DNA of 64,000 nucleotides from Polyangia bacterium (GTDB lineage Bacteria; Myxococcota_A; Polyangia; Nannocystales; Nannocystaceae). Shown piece by piece: positions 10,616 through 21,441 of this stretch (its first letter is position 1; every line of letters begins with the position of its first letter). A model generated the notes under the pieces. It saw only the letters and a list, made by a program, of their open reading frames with translations. It was not told the DNA's origin and did no database searches. Location: NCBI GenBank assembly GCA_030429545.1, contig JAUIFF010000001.1, positions 83,599 to 147,598 of the forward strand, read 5' to 3'. The position numbers and the translations under genes are program-made.

Positions 10616-12364
10616 ATGAACGGTGGAGAACGGATTGCCGAAGTGTTGGTGCGCCATGGCGTGCGCTGGCTTTTTACCCTGTGTGGTGGACACATCTCGC
10701 CGATCTTGGTCGGGGCCAAGCACCGGGGCATTCGCGTCGTCGACGTTCGTCACGAGGTCAATGCCGTGTTTGCGGCCGATTCGGTCGCCCGGCTCACCGG
10801 CGTGCCCGGGGTCGCAGCGGTCACAGCTGGCCCAGGCCTGACCAACACCATCACCGCCCTCAAAAACGCCCAGATGGCCCAGTCGCCCATCGTGTTGCTC
10901 GGCGGGGCCACGGCCACGGTGCTCAAGGGGCGTGGCTCGTTGCAAGACATCGACCAGATGGCGTTGATCCGCCCGCACGTCAAATGGGCGGGCGCGGCCA
11001 AGCGCGTCAAAGACCTGGTGCCGATGCTCGAGCGGGCGTTTCGCATTGCCCAGTCTGGCGTGCCTGGCCCGGTGTTTTTGGAGTGTCCGGTCGACCTCCT
11101 CTACGACGCCGACACCGTCAAAAGTTGGTACATGGCCAAGTCCAAGGACCCCAACCGCAAGCCGAGCATGCAGGAGCGGGCCCTCAACGCGTTTTTTACG
11201 GTGCATACGCATCGACTTTTTTCGGGTACCAAACGCCAAAAGATCCACGAGCCCGAGGCCGTGGCCGTGCCCAAGCCGGCGCGCAACCTGGTCGAAGCCG
11301 CCGGCGAAAAACTCCGAGCAGCCAAGCGCCCGGTGATGGTGGTTGGCAGCCAGGCGATGTCGCGGGCCGACGAGGCCCAGGCGATTGCCCAGGCTGTCGA
11401 AGCCCTCGGGATTCCGGTGTACCTGTCGGGCATGGCGCGTGGCCTGCTTGGCAAGGGCCATCGCTTGCACATGCGGCACGGTCGGCGAAAGGCCCTCAAA
11501 AAAGCTGATGTCGTGATTTTGGCTGGGGTTCCCTGCGACTTCCGCCTCGACTACGGCCGCCATATCTCGCGCAAGTCGTTTTACATCTCGGCCAACCGTT
11601 GTGCCGCCGAGATGAACAAAAACCGCAAGCCCTCACTCGGTGTGTTGGGTTGCGCCGGGCGGTTTGTCCAGGACCTTTCCCGTGTATGTGCAGCTAACGA
11701 GGGCGACCATACCGAGTGGATCGCCGAACTGCGCGAGGCCGACATGGCCCGCGATACAGACATCCGCAGCAAGGGCTCGGTCAAGGCCGAGGGCGCCGAC
11801 CTCCTCAACCCGTTGGAGCTGTGTTCGCAAATCGAGGAACAACTCGACGACGACAGCATTTTGGTGGCCGACGGTGGCGATTTTGTTGCAACTGCATCGT
11901 ATATCGTGAGTCCGCGCGGCCCGCTTTCGTGGCTCGACCCCGGTGTGTTTGGGACCCTGGGCGTCGGTGCCGGTTTTGCCCTGGGAGCCAAGCTCGTGCG
12001 TCCCTCGGCCGAAACCTGGATTATCTACGGCGACGGTTCGTCGGGCTACAGCCTGGCCGAGTTCGACACCTTTGCCCGCCACAACATCCCGGTGATCGCC
12101 GTGGTTGGCAACGATGCCTGCTGGACGCAGATCGCCCGCGACCAGGTCGAGATATTGGGCGACGACGTCGGCTGCCCGCTGGTCCGCACCGAGTATCACC
12201 GCGTGGCCGAAGGCTTCGGTGGTGTCGGCCTGTTGCTCAACAAAACCGAGGATATCCCCGAGGTGTTGGCCAAGGCCAAGGCGGCCGCGGCCGCGGGTAA
12301 GCCGGTGCTGATCAACGCCCACCTCGACAAAACCGACTTTCGCAAGGGCTCGCTGTCGATGTAG
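10616..12364 (+). CDS. thiamine pyrophosphate-dependent enzyme (acetolactate synthase large subunit / 2-hydroxyacyl-CoA lyase family)
   Basis: N-terminal TPP-Pyr domain, central domain, and C-terminal TPP-binding motif ([22 protein letters not shown]...VGNDACW). Strong RBS AAAGAGAGG upstream. Confidence 0.85.
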   Translation: MNGGERIAEVLVRHGVRWLFTLCGGHISPILVGAKHRGIRVVDVRHEVNAVFAADSVARLTGVPGVAAVTAGPGLTNTITALKNAQMAQSPIVLLGGATATVLKGRGSLQDIDQMALIRPHVKWAGAAKRVKDLVPMLERAFRIAQSGVPGPVFLECPVDLLYDADTVKSWYMAKSKDPNRKPSMQERALNAFFTVHTHRLFSGTKRQKIHEPEAVAVPKPARNLVEAAGEKLRAAKRPVMVVGSQAMSRADEAQAIAQAVEALGIPVYLSGMARGLLGKGHRLHMRHGRRKALKKADVVILAGVPCDFRLDYGRHISRKSFYISANRCAAEMNKNRKPSLGVLGCAGRFVQDLSRVCAANEGDHTEWIAELREADMARDTDIRSKGSVKAEGADLLNPLELCSQIEEQLDDDSILVADGGDFVATASYIVSPRGPLSWLDPGVFGTLGVGAGFALGAKLVRPSAETWIIYGDGSSGYSLAEFDTFARHNIPVIAVVGNDACWTQIARDQVEILGDDVGCPLVRTEYHRVAEGFGGVGLLLNKTEDIPEVLAKAKAAAAAGKPVLINAHLDKTDFRKGSLSM

Positions 12365-12404
12365 GCACAAGCCCCAATCGAGTCGGTACTGTTCAGTGCC
12401 CACC

Positions 12405-12434
12405 CAAAAAACCGCCGCATGTCGGCGGTTTTTT
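12405..12434. terminator. bidirectional intrinsic terminator between convergent genes
   Basis: A-tract, GC hairpin (ccgccg...cggcgg), T-tract. Confidence 0.6.
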
Positions 12435-12465
12435 ACGTCACGCGATCGAGACGTTATGCAGATAC

Positions 12466-12497
12466 AAAAACACCCGCGCGAAGCGGGTGTTTGTTTG
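12466..12497. terminator. second hairpin terminator (cacccgcgcgaagcgggtg + T-rich)
   Basis: aaaaa-cacccgc-gcgaa-gcgggtg-tttgttt. Confidence 0.5.
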
Positions 12498-12515
12498 GGT
12501 GGAGTGCCTGTCGCA

Positions 12516-15107
12516 CTACATCGCCGGCGGCGGCTCGCGGTCGAGGGTGATTCGCTCTTCGAGGTCGGCCTCGATTTCGTCGCGGTCAAACAACAGCGGG
12601 CGGAAGTTGCCATCGACCCAATCCATCAGGCGGTCGTCAAAGTGCGGGCTGTCGGGGTTGGCCGAGTTGCCGATGGGGAAGTTGACCTCACTGCGGGGCA
12701 CGCCGTCATCGTCAAACGAGGTCACGATGCGGAAGATCGGGCCGTCGTGCGAACCCCACTGGCCGTTGACCTGGGTCGTGTCTTCGCCGGCGTAGAACTT
12801 GCTTGACGATACATTGACCGTATCCTCGCCACCCTCGGTCGCTACCCAGCCGTAGTTGAGGCGCGGGGTCGGATTGCGAAACTCGGTGCCGTGACGGTCG
12901 CCCCACGAATAGCCGGCCGGGTCGGTGCCGCCAAACTCGGCCGTCAACCAGTCAGCCGTTGCGGCAAGTGCCTCGTAAATGGCGACATCGGCCCCCTGCT
13001 GGACAACCGCGTCGCCACCAGGGTAGGTGCCATCGACCGCGAGCGCGGCAAACTTGAGCGAGAACTGCGGAGCCTCGCCCAAAATCGCCGAGTGCAACAG
13101 GGTGAGGTCGTCTTCGAGGACGCCGGTCGTCAGGTTGTGTGCAAATACATGGAAGGCCAGGGCGCCCGCCGAGCTGCGGGTCATCTGTCGGTCCCACCCG
13201 GCGATCAGGTTGGCAACCTCGGCGATATCTGCACGGCCGCGGTAGGGCTCTAGCTCCGGCGCCGAGTCGAGGCGGCCCATGGCCCCTTCAAGCGGCGGCA
13301 CCATGAGGTCGGCGAGGGTGCTGTAGACATCGAGCAGCAGGGTTTGCATGTCGGCCACCGAAACCTGACCGCGTTGGGTCAGGCGCTGCAGCTCGTCGTC
13401 GAGGCGTTTGGCCCGATAGCCGGCGGCATAGAAAAACCCGTAGTACCAGGGGTCGTTGTGGACATCGCCATCGCCGGTAAAGCCCCACGGGTCGTTGTTG
13501 GCGGTGGTGATAAACCCGGTCGCCGGGGCGCGGCTACGCGGCAGTTTTTCGGGCGGCAGCCAGCTGCCATTCCAAAACGTCGCCGGGTCCTCGTCTTTGA
13601 TAATTGTGTACGGCATCTTGCGCGCCGAGGGGTCGCCGCGGTCGGGGAGCAGGACATTCACGCGATAGGAGATGTCGCTTTTGTCGGCCGACAGCCAGTT
13701 GAAGGTGCCGACTTGCATGAGGTCGACTGCAGCTTCGTATTCGTCGACGGTTTGCGAGCGGGCAAAGTCCAAGAACGCCGCGGTCTCGCTGGTGGGGCGA
13801 AAACCTGTCCAATTGAGCAGGAGGCGGCGGTCGTTGCCAACTAAGAAGGCTTCGTTGATCCCGAGGGGCTCGAGCAGGGTGTCGCCCAACAACACGCCGT
13901 AGCCTTCGATTTCGCCAATATCGAGGGCGAGCTCCGGCATCCCGGCAACGCTGATGACCTCATTGCGGTAGGTGATTGGCCGCTGTTGGCCTGCAACCGT
14001 GCCCATGCTCCCACTTTCGTCGACGGTGATCGCCCACAGGTCCATGGCGTCGGCAAACCCGGTGGTCGCGGCCCAATGGACACCGCGGGTGTGGCCCAGG
14101 TGGAGCCCGGGCGCGCCGACAAACGAAAAACCGACGACATCAAAGTTGCCCCCGGCGTCGGCACTGTTGAGATGTTGCGCATACATCAAAGATGGGCTTT
14201 GCAACGGTTGGTGGGGGTCGTTGCAAATCAGCGGCTTGCCATTTTCGGTAAACCGCCCGTCGACCACCCAGTTGTTGCTGCCGAGCACATCAAACGCATC
14301 CATGGTTTCGCCTAGGCGGTGCAGGCCCGCGGCGAGTCCAGGGGGCGGGGTCTTGGCGGCCGGTTTGGCACGCGGGGTGAGGCCCGGCAGGGTATCGGGC
14401 TGCGGTCGGTCTTCGGGCGGCAGCGTGTACACGGGAAATGCCGGGCGCGCGAGCTCAATCGCCTCGGCGGCGTCGGGCGAGAGCATCTCGAAGACGGTCG
14501 CCAGGATTTCAAACTCGAGCGAGTTCGAGTTGCCAAACATAAACATTTTGGCGATCGCAAACGTGTCTTCGACGGTGTAGGGCTCGGGGGCATAGTTGAG
14601 CTCGCCGTCGGTGGTGCCAAACCCATAGGGCAGGGGGGCATCGCCGGCGTTGACCTCTTCGATCCGCTTGTTGACACCCTCGACCCACGCCTCAAACAAC
14701 CGGAAGTCGTCGGGGCGCTCGGTTTGCAGGTGTTGCGCGTCGAGCTTGCCCCAATCGCGAAAGTTCATGATCCGCGACACGGCATCTTCGTTGACCTTGG
14801 CCTCACCGAGTACTTCGGCACCACGGCCGAGTGCACGACGTCGCAAAAGGTCCATCTGAAACAGCCGGTCGGTCGCCATCTGGTAGCCCGCGGCGTACAT
14901 CAGATCTTCGTCGTTTTCGGCATAGATGTGGGGAATGCCCTGGCTGTCGATCAGGATTTCGATGCCACCGGGCTCCCCGTCGGTGTCCGACTCGGTGTCC
15001 TGTGTTCCTCCGCAGGCGGTGATCGAAGTGCACAACAAGGTCGCAAGCGCGAGCGCATGCGATGTACGAAGGTGGCGGCGAAGGTAGGGCATAGGCGCAT
15101 TGTCCAA
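12516..15107 (-). CDS. penicillin acylase / acyl-homoserine-lactone acylase family (Ntn hydrolase S45) lipoprotein
   Basis: 863 aa. Lipoprotein signal (LLCTSITACGG), then the characteristic PHIYAENDEDLMYAAGYQMATDRLFQMDLLRR segment of penicillin amidase. Confidence 0.85.
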   Translation of the reverse strand: MDNAPMPYLRRHLRTSHALALATLLCTSITACGGTQDTESDTDGEPGGIEILIDSQGIPHIYAENDEDLMYAAGYQMATDRLFQMDLLRRRALGRGAEVLGEAKVNEDAVSRIMNFRDWGKLDAQHLQTERPDDFRLFEAWVEGVNKRIEEVNAGDAPLPYGFGTTDGELNYAPEPYTVEDTFAIAKMFMFGNSNSLEFEILATVFEMLSPDAAEAIELARPAFPVYTLPPEDRPQPDTLPGLTPRAKPAAKTPPPGLAAGLHRLGETMDAFDVLGSNNWVVDGRFTENGKPLICNDPHQPLQSPSLMYAQHLNSADAGGNFDVVGFSFVGAPGLHLGHTRGVHWAATTGFADAMDLWAITVDESGSMGTVAGQQRPITYRNEVISVAGMPELALDIGEIEGYGVLLGDTLLEPLGINEAFLVGNDRRLLLNWTGFRPTSETAAFLDFARSQTVDEYEAAVDLMQVGTFNWLSADKSDISYRVNVLLPDRGDPSARKMPYTIIKDEDPATFWNGSWLPPEKLPRSRAPATGFITTANNDPWGFTGDGDVHNDPWYYGFFYAAGYRAKRLDDELQRLTQRGQVSVADMQTLLLDVYSTLADLMVPPLEGAMGRLDSAPELEPYRGRADIAEVANLIAGWDRQMTRSSAGALAFHVFAHNLTTGVLEDDLTLLHSAILGEAPQFSLKFAALAVDGTYPGGDAVVQQGADVAIYEALAATADWLTAEFGGTDPAGYSWGDRHGTEFRNPTPRLNYGWVATEGGEDTVNVSSSKFYAGEDTTQVNGQWGSHDGPIFRIVTSFDDDGVPRSEVNFPIGNSANPDSPHFDDRLMDWVDGNFRPLLFDRDEIEADLEERITLDREPPPAM

Positions 15108-15191
15108 ACCTTGGGTCGGGATCTCAAGCGGCTGCAGCCGCTAAATCTCACCACGAACGGGCACCGTGGATTTCTCGACAAGTCCGCTCAT

Positions 15192-15245
15192 TCGCCGATT
15201 TTGGAGAAACTCCACGGGCGACTCCACGGGCGACTCCACGGGCGA
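15192..15245. repeat. tandem 13-bp direct repeats (ccacgggcgactc, ~3.5 copies)
   Basis: ctccacgggcgactccacgggcgactccacgggcgactccacggac, read in the intergenic region. Confidence 0.7.
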
Positions 15246-15257
15246 CTCCACGGACTA

Positions 15258-15788
15258 CTAGGACATGCCACATTCGCCGAGGCAGGTATCGAGGGCCTCC
15301 TGGCACATCGTTTTACAGGCTAGGTTTTCCTGCTCACAGTCCTGGGTGCACGCCGGCATCATCGGTGGACAGGTGGCCTCGCACGCCGACTGCGAGCCGT
15401 CGCAAAGGTCGGTGCAGGTCTCGGAGGCATCGACACAGGCCTCGGCACAGGTTCCGGTTGTGTCCTGTGTTTCACCCTCGGTGGCGTCGCTTTCGGTCGC
15501 AGTGGTTTCACCGGTGGTTTGGGTGTCCGAGGTCGAATCGGTCGAACCCTGCGAAGTCGATTCGCCTCCGGTGCCCACCGGTCCTTCGGTGGTCTCGGGA
15601 TTTTCGGTTGTCCCGTCGGTATCCGGCTCACCGGTCGTCGAAGTCGTCGGCACGGTTGCCGTCGTCGTTTGGGGATCGCCACTCGACTCAGTTTCGCCCG
15701 GATCTTTGTACGGATCGACACACCCAGTGGTCGATGAAATGAGCAGGCAAGGGCCGACCAACCAGTGTGCGGCGAGGAATTTATGCAT
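15258..15788 (-). CDS. secreted lipoprotein with T/S/D/E-rich linker and Cys-rich C-terminal domain
   Basis: Signal plus lipobox (LLISSTTGC). Low-complexity acidic Thr-rich linker. 12 Cys in the last 60 aa. Confidence 0.55.
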   Translation of the reverse strand: MHKFLAAHWLVGPCLLISSTTGCVDPYKDPGETESSGDPQTTTATVPTTSTTGEPDTDGTTENPETTEGPVGTGGESTSQGSTDSTSDTQTTGETTATESDATEGETQDTTGTCAEACVDASETCTDLCDGSQSACEATCPPMMPACTQDCEQENLACKTMCQEALDTCLGECGMS

Positions 15789-15878
15789 GCGAGTCCCCCT
15801 TTTTTAGCTTTGTTTCCGCCCGAGTGTACGCGATCTTGGCGCTTGATTCCTCGGCTGCGAGCGGGCATCAATTCCCTG

Positions 15879-17117
15879 ATGGAGATGTCTGCCCCACGCT
15901 CCCCCAAAACTTTGTCCACGCGCCGGGTCCTCGGTGCCACGCTGGGCTCGACAGGACTCGCGCTCAGCCTGATCGTTGCTTGTCAAAGCAACAAACAGGG
16001 GCCAAATGCCCCAGTCGTCCACGGCAAGGGGTCGCTCGATGGCAACCTCCAGCGCTTGGGATTTCGCCTGCCGCCCGATCTCACCTCGGGCCCGTTGATG
16101 GTCGGCATGGTGCTCGACCTCAGCACCGGCGCGGTTGTGTGTACACCGGAACGCATGTTGCCGGCCGGTGCCGTGCAGGAGGTGCCCGCTGCCAACTCGC
16201 AGGCGGCTGAGATCGCCGATAGCACGTTTGGGGTGGGCTCCAACTACTACCGCCTGATCGCTTCGGCCGGGGTGCAGTTGCGGGGCAACGTTGTCGTCTC
16301 CAATGCCATCCACAGCCAGGTGGCCGGGGCATTGGCACGACCGGTCGATCCGGGGTGTGACGCCGCGGCGGCAAAGCTGCAAGACGAGGGCAAGACCGTC
16401 GCCGTCATTACCCAGGCTGTCCGCGCAGATCTTGCATTTACACTGAATACCCCGCAACCCCTCGATGGCGGTTCGCAGATGCGTGTGGCTGGGGTCCTTG
16501 GCGGCACCCTGTCGGGGCAAAACGCCGGGGGTTTTTCGGTCACAAGTCCGGCCCGGGTCATCGGCTACAAAACCACCGATCTACCCAACCCAATCCCGTG
16601 TGTGTCTGAAGCTCCGTGCACGCAAACCCGCCGGGTCGACGGCGTGTGTCGCTGTGTCCGGTGCGACTCGTCGGTGGCCGATTGGGCCAATGCCAGCGGC
16701 TACACCGACCTAGGCGGCAGCGGGCGTGTGCGGTTTGAGCAGGGCAAGGGCTTTGATGTCCTGTGCAAAAACATGCCCGAGGACAAGATCGAAGTTGTCG
16801 CCCAGGGGAGTGTGTTGACAGCGATTACCGAGGCAGAGTGCCCGGGCGACCCGCTGTGGGAGGGTTGCTTGGAGCTCGTCGACCAACCCATGGGGGCGGT
16901 GATCGGCCAGGTTTGTCACGGTCCGCCGCGCACTGACTTGGAGCAGCGGGTGTTGTTGACCCCGTCGACCAAGGGACTGATCCGGCGCGACGCCAACTCC
17001 GGAGATGTGCACGTTGCCGTGCGCAACCGCGGGACAAGTCGTTGCACAGTCAACGCCGGCCCGATCTACATGCGCGGGTTCAATGTCACGGTCCGCGCCC
17101 CGTCCTACTCGCGGTAA
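15879..17117 (+). CDS. secreted lipoprotein, unknown function
   Basis: Start at MEMSAPRSP. Signal with lipobox LALSLIVAC. 413 aa. Confidence 0.5.
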   Translation: MEMSAPRSPKTLSTRRVLGATLGSTGLALSLIVACQSNKQGPNAPVVHGKGSLDGNLQRLGFRLPPDLTSGPLMVGMVLDLSTGAVVCTPERMLPAGAVQEVPAANSQAAEIADSTFGVGSNYYRLIASAGVQLRGNVVVSNAIHSQVAGALARPVDPGCDAAAAKLQDEGKTVAVITQAVRADLAFTLNTPQPLDGGSQMRVAGVLGGTLSGQNAGGFSVTSPARVIGYKTTDLPNPIPCVSEAPCTQTRRVDGVCRCVRCDSSVADWANASGYTDLGGSGRVRFEQGKGFDVLCKNMPEDKIEVVAQGSVLTAITEAECPGDPLWEGCLELVDQPMGAVIGQVCHGPPRTDLEQRVLLTPSTKGLIRRDANSGDVHVAVRNRGTSRCTVNAGPIYMRGFNVTVRAPSYSR

Positions 17118-17263
17118 GTCGGGTTTTGCGAAAACTCCAGGCGGTCAACCGACAAACCGCTCGCCGGTCTTATCCTGGCTTCGCCAAATTTGCTGCACCC
17201 GTGTAGCAAGTTTGGCGAAACGCTGAGCACAACATCTTGTGCACAAGGAAAGACCTCCGACTG

Positions 17264-18865
17264 CTAGCGTTGGCCGAGCTTGGGCAGTTCATAAACTTCG
17301 ATGCGCGGTTGGTGGTACAGTCCCACGGTCACGCCAAACACATTGGCGCCGGGGATCGGCGGCGGATGTAGTTGTAACAGCAAGTTTCCTCGGCGCCTGA
17401 GCTCGCTGCGAAAACGAGAGACTTCGCTCGCCTGTTGGGGAAACCGCTGCGGGTGCAGAGCATAGCGATCGTCGCCGCCGCTGCTATAGACAACATGCGT
17501 AAATCCGCGTTTGCGCAGGTAGTCGAGGTCGCGCTGCGTCATCGGGTGGCTTTGTGCCGGGGCGGGAGCGGGGCCGTAGTAGGTACCCGGCATGAGCGCG
17601 ACCCGGGCATTTGCGGGGAGTTGGTGTTTGAGCCACTCCCCCGCGACCCGCCGCGAATCCGGTTGCGCGACCAAAACAGCCTGTCGGTAGCTCATCCACG
17701 CACCCTGGCCCAACATCGCCACAGCCAGCAGCCCTGCCCACACACGCGAGGAAGCGTGCGATGAACTTGTATAAACATGTTCGATGGCCAGGGCTGTCCA
17801 CACCGCGAGCAGCGGAAGCCACGGCAGGGTGAGGCGAGCAAAAAATACGCTTTGCATGCCGACAAGTAGGGCCATGACCCCGAGGGTCGTGCCGAGGGCG
17901 AGGGCGACGGGCCGCAGCTGACTACGCGACAACGCAACCACGCCGGGAAAGGCCGCTAAAATCGGCACGATGCCAAGGCCAAACCAGGCGAGCTGACGGA
18001 CCGCGTCGCGCAGTGGTGTGGTCGTGTCAAACCCGCCGTGCCCCTGTTGTTGGTAGTGCATCCATTCGTGGCGAAGTCCCTCGACAAGTGCCGTGGGGTC
18101 GTCGCCAAAGCACAGCAACGGCAGGATAAACGCGACGAGGCTGACACCGGCGAGCAGACCGACGTCGATGACGCGCTCGCGCAGCGTGCGAGGAGTGAGG
18201 ATTGCGAGTAACACTGGCGCGAGGACGATGACCCCGGCGTTGTATTTACATGCCGCAGCAGCTCCAGAGGCAAGGCCTGCCAAGCCGAGGGCTCGACGAA
18301 ATCGCCGGGGCTGGTCGTCAAAAATCCACATGCGCGCGACCGCGACAAGCACAAGAGCAACCGCGGCGGTTGCCAAAATGTCGGGCTTGGCATAGCGAGA
18401 ACATTGTATGTGCAAGGGAGACAGGGCCAGGACCATCGCCAGTAGCCAGGCAACGCCGCGGCGAACCTCGAGCGTGCGCGAGGCGAGATAGGTCAGCCCA
18501 ACCGTCGCTACCCCGGCAAGCACCGAGAGCAGGCGGGATACAAGAAGGACCTGGCTCGGCCGACAGCCGCCCGTGTCGCACAGCCCAAGGGGCCCCAAAA
18601 CGACAGCCGAAGCACCGGTAAGCCCGGCCATCGTCGGTGGGTACTTCCACATGCCAAACGTCCACTCACCCCCACGCAGCCACTCGACAGCGGGTTGAAG
18701 CACCCCGAGCTCGTCGGGGTGAAGCATGTGTGGGAGGCCAAAGTCGCTGCCCGAGAGGCGAAATCCGGCGGCGACCACCAGGGGGCTGAGCCAAAAAAAT
18801 GTATGCACAACAACCGCACGGGTGCGGTTGTCGGAGCCACGGTCGGTGGTTTCGCCTGGGGCCAC
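17264..18865 (-). CDS. glycosyltransferase family 39 (ArnT/PMT-like) polytopic membrane protein
   Basis: Multiple TM helices and GT-C/ArnT-like motifs. Co-oriented immediately downstream of vanW. Confidence 0.6.
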   Translation of the reverse strand: MAPGETTDRGSDNRTRAVVVHTFFWLSPLVVAAGFRLSGSDFGLPHMLHPDELGVLQPAVEWLRGGEWTFGMWKYPPTMAGLTGASAVVLGPLGLCDTGGCRPSQVLLVSRLLSVLAGVATVGLTYLASRTLEVRRGVAWLLAMVLALSPLHIQCSRYAKPDILATAAVALVLVAVARMWIFDDQPRRFRRALGLAGLASGAAAACKYNAGVIVLAPVLLAILTPRTLRERVIDVGLLAGVSLVAFILPLLCFGDDPTALVEGLRHEWMHYQQQGHGGFDTTTPLRDAVRQLAWFGLGIVPILAAFPGVVALSRSQLRPVALALGTTLGVMALLVGMQSVFFARLTLPWLPLLAVWTALAIEHVYTSSSHASSRVWAGLLAVAMLGQGAWMSYRQAVLVAQPDSRRVAGEWLKHQLPANARVALMPGTYYGPAPAPAQSHPMTQRDLDYLRKRGFTHVVYSSGGDDRYALHPQRFPQQASEVSRFRSELRRRGNLLLQLHPPPIPGANVFGVTVGLYHQPRIEVYELPKLGQR

Positions 18866-18905
18866 GACAGATGTTGTACCGCAACCGCTGCCCAGGTTGT
18901 CGGAA

Positions 18906-20474
18906 CTACTGGACGATCCGCATCTCGTTGGCCGGGTCGCGCAGTGGGAGGAGGTTTTGCGGCTCGGGAACCTTACCCGCGGGGTTGCTGCCGCGATTGA
19001 TGATCTCCCGGGTGGGCGGATAGGTCAGGTCCCAGTCCTCGGCCTTGATGAGTTTGCCGGCCTGGTAGAGCTTGCGGATCCGTTTGACCTTAAACCCCCG
19101 TTTGCCGCGTTGGGCGACCTTGGTCGAACCCGTGCGGAGTTTGGGATCGTCGCGGACCACCGTGTTGTAGGGGAGGACCTCTTCGACCTTGCGCTCAAAT
19201 GCAACCTGGTAGCTGCGTTGGGGTCCGAGCAGTTCAACCTCGACCTTGCCCTGGTGCACGGCCATGTGGACGACCACCGGGAAGTCGTAGGGGTTTTGCA
19301 GTTTCATGTCGATGGCGCCGTAGACCACCGTCGAGTCCAACCCCATGTCGACGTAGCTCGACGGGCGCGAGTGGGGACGCGACGAGGTGAGCTCCAGGCC
19401 GGCGAAAAATGCTGCGGCGTACAGGGTTGAGCTGACCTGGCAAATGCCACCGCCGACCACGTCGACGACTTCGCCCGAGGTAATCCCCGGCGCGTAGCGA
19501 AACCCGGCCTCGGTCGTGCGTGGGCCGACGACATCGTTAAACGAGAACTGCTCGCCGGGCATCAGCACAAACCCGTCGAGCCGGGCGGCACCGACCTTGA
19601 GGTTGTGGGTACGGTCGGCCGAGCGGGCTTCGGTGGAGTAGGGCGTCGAGTAACGGCCGAGGACAATACCGATGTCGAGCTTGTCGGCCAGCGACCCGAG
19701 CGGGTCTTCGACGGGGGGCAGGGCCTGGGTGGCGAGTTCAATTTCCGAGCTGCCGCTGGCGAGGCCCACGGCGACACTCGAAAGCGAGTCGTAGGCCAAC
19801 AGCCCGGTCCCGCGCTCGGCCGGGACCACGCGGCGCGCCTCAAAATCAAACCGGGTGGGCAGTGAGGGTTTTTGTACGGCCGGCACCAATGCAAGTAACT
19901 TTGTAAGTGCAACTTCTTCGTCAAACGCGTAGCCGATGGCGATGTCGACCTGACCCTCGCGGGCGAGGGTACGTTCGCGCAGGTCGGTCAAAAAGTTGCC
20001 CTGGTGACCGACTTCGAGGGCAGCCTCGATCGCAGCTTCGGGGGCCGGCACCGCACCGAGCTCGCGGGCGTTTGCCGGTTGGTTGATATCGCCAGCGTGG
20101 AGCGTGAGCGGACGGTCGAGGCCTGTTTGCGCAAGCTCGCCAGCGAGTTGCTCGAGTTCCGGCCGGGTCAACCCGCCGACATCGTGGCCCGCGAGCTTGA
20201 CCCCGGGGACAACACGCACGTCGTCGACCTGCCCGGTGGCTCCAACGATCGAGGCGGCGGCCCACAACCCGGCACCCGCCATCACGAGGGTTTCGGCGAC
20301 CTTGCCAATCCGGCCCCACGGCAACCGACGGGCGGGCTGGGGTTGCACGTTCGAGGAAGGTTGTGGAGATGCGTCGACCTCCGGAGAAACCTCAGTCGTC
20401 ACCTCGGCTTTCGCCGAGCGGCGGCGGGATCGAAGTTGTGGACGTTTGCTCGGGGCTGTCGCGGGGCGGCTCAT
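18906..20474 (-). CDS. VanW family protein
   Basis: VanW domain segment (GGGICQVSSTLYAAAFFAGLE). N-terminal TM anchor. Confidence 0.8.
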   Translation of the reverse strand: MSRPATAPSKRPQLRSRRRSAKAEVTTEVSPEVDASPQPSSNVQPQPARRLPWGRIGKVAETLVMAGAGLWAAASIVGATGQVDDVRVVPGVKLAGHDVGGLTRPELEQLAGELAQTGLDRPLTLHAGDINQPANARELGAVPAPEAAIEAALEVGHQGNFLTDLRERTLAREGQVDIAIGYAFDEEVALTKLLALVPAVQKPSLPTRFDFEARRVVPAERGTGLLAYDSLSSVAVGLASGSSEIELATQALPPVEDPLGSLADKLDIGIVLGRYSTPYSTEARSADRTHNLKVGAARLDGFVLMPGEQFSFNDVVGPRTTEAGFRYAPGITSGEVVDVVGGGICQVSSTLYAAAFFAGLELTSSRPHSRPSSYVDMGLDSTVVYGAIDMKLQNPYDFPVVVHMAVHQGKVEVELLGPQRSYQVAFERKVEEVLPYNTVVRDDPKLRTGSTKVAQRGKRGFKVKRIRKLYQAGKLIKAEDWDLTYPPTREIINRGSNPAGKVPEPQNLLPLRDPANEMRIVQ

Positions 20475-20630
20475 GCAGACCTCCGGCGGACGCTAGGCCA
20501 TGGCGCGAAAGAATGCGAAAAAATCGCAATTTGAGGCGAACCATGCCGATCTCAAAGTCGCACGCCATCCCAGAAGTTTGACCGCGCAAAACCAACTGCT
20601 AGGGTCGGTGGCGATGGACGGACAGGGAGG

Positions 20631-20862
20631 ACAGGTCTAGCTACGTGCATCTGCACGGCGGGTGGCGCTGCGCCACCCAAGCGTCCTTTGCGACACACTT
20701 CACAAGGAAGGCTATTCCAGAATTTCGCTATCCCGCCGGTGCGTTCATACTGCCGACGGGCTGGCGCAACCCCGCGGATCGGAGTTCCGTACGGCAGTAT
20801 GAACGCACCGGCGGGGCGAATTCAGTGAGCCTTCCATATCCCAGGTCGAGGAGTAGACACTT
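20631..20862 (+). ncRNA. candidate structured RNA element, copy 1 (5' of the HU/IHF gene)
   Basis: Shares conserved blocks with 23922-24150. The inverted repeats between the blocks differ between copies but stay complementary. Confidence 0.45.
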
Positions 20863-20977
20863 CCTGTTCCGTCCATCGTTTTCGTGAATCCGTCGCAATT
20901 CTTCAGTGGACCGCCGGTGCTGGGGTTCGCCTTGACAGGCGCGTGCCGGCGGGCGACTCCACGGGGCGGAGAAGTCG

Positions 20978-21268
20978 ATGACGCGCAAAGAATTGGTCGA
21001 GTCGGTCACCCAAACAGTCGCAGCTTCGCTCGAGGTCGAGGTCGGCCGCCGCGAAGTTGCGGAGATCATCGATGCCGCTTTCGACCGGATCGGTGAGGCG
21101 ATTCGCAGCGAGGGACGCTACGCCCACCCGGGCTTTGGCACCTTCAAACTCCAGCGCCGCGGACCTCGGCCAGGGCTCAATCCACAGACGGGCGAGTCGA
21201 TTTTAACCCGTGCATCTGCAACGGTTGGATTTACGCCAGCAGCCCGGTTCAAGCAAACCCTGGGATAG
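20978..21268 (+). CDS. HU/IHF family DNA-binding protein
   Basis: MTRKELVESV...GFGTFKLQRRGPRPGLNPQTGESI...FKQ is the typical HU/IHF fold signature. 96 aa. Confidence 0.8.
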   Translation: MTRKELVESVTQTVAASLEVEVGRREVAEIIDAAFDRIGEAIRSEGRYAHPGFGTFKLQRRGPRPGLNPQTGESILTRASATVGFTPAARFKQTLG

Positions 21269-21441
21269 GGCGTGCGAACAAAAGGTGCCTATACACTTAT
21301 ATCGGGCGAGCGACCGGGAGCAGCGCGATGTTGCCCCGCTCGAACCCGCCGCCCGCAAGATCGCCCATCTCGTCCCCAACTTCTGGGGCCGGTACCCACG
21401 CCAATTGATACACTTTGCCCGCGTTAGCAGGAGACAGCGTC

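Noticed and set aside
10583-12613. Minus-strand ORFs 10583-11563 and 11633-12613
   Set aside because: They lie entirely antisense to the well-supported TPP-enzyme gene and are low-complexity Arg/Pro/Gly-rich. Typical high-GC antisense artefacts.
17185-17225. 13-bp near-perfect hairpin after the convergent lipoprotein and GT39 genes
   Set aside because: No flanking U/A-tract. Possibly a weak terminator but not confidently callable.
20645-20887. Small ORFs 20645-20887 and 23957-24145 overlapping the conserved elements
   Set aside because: The two copies are conserved at DNA level but would be read in different frames, and the translated peptides are unrelated. Non-coding.
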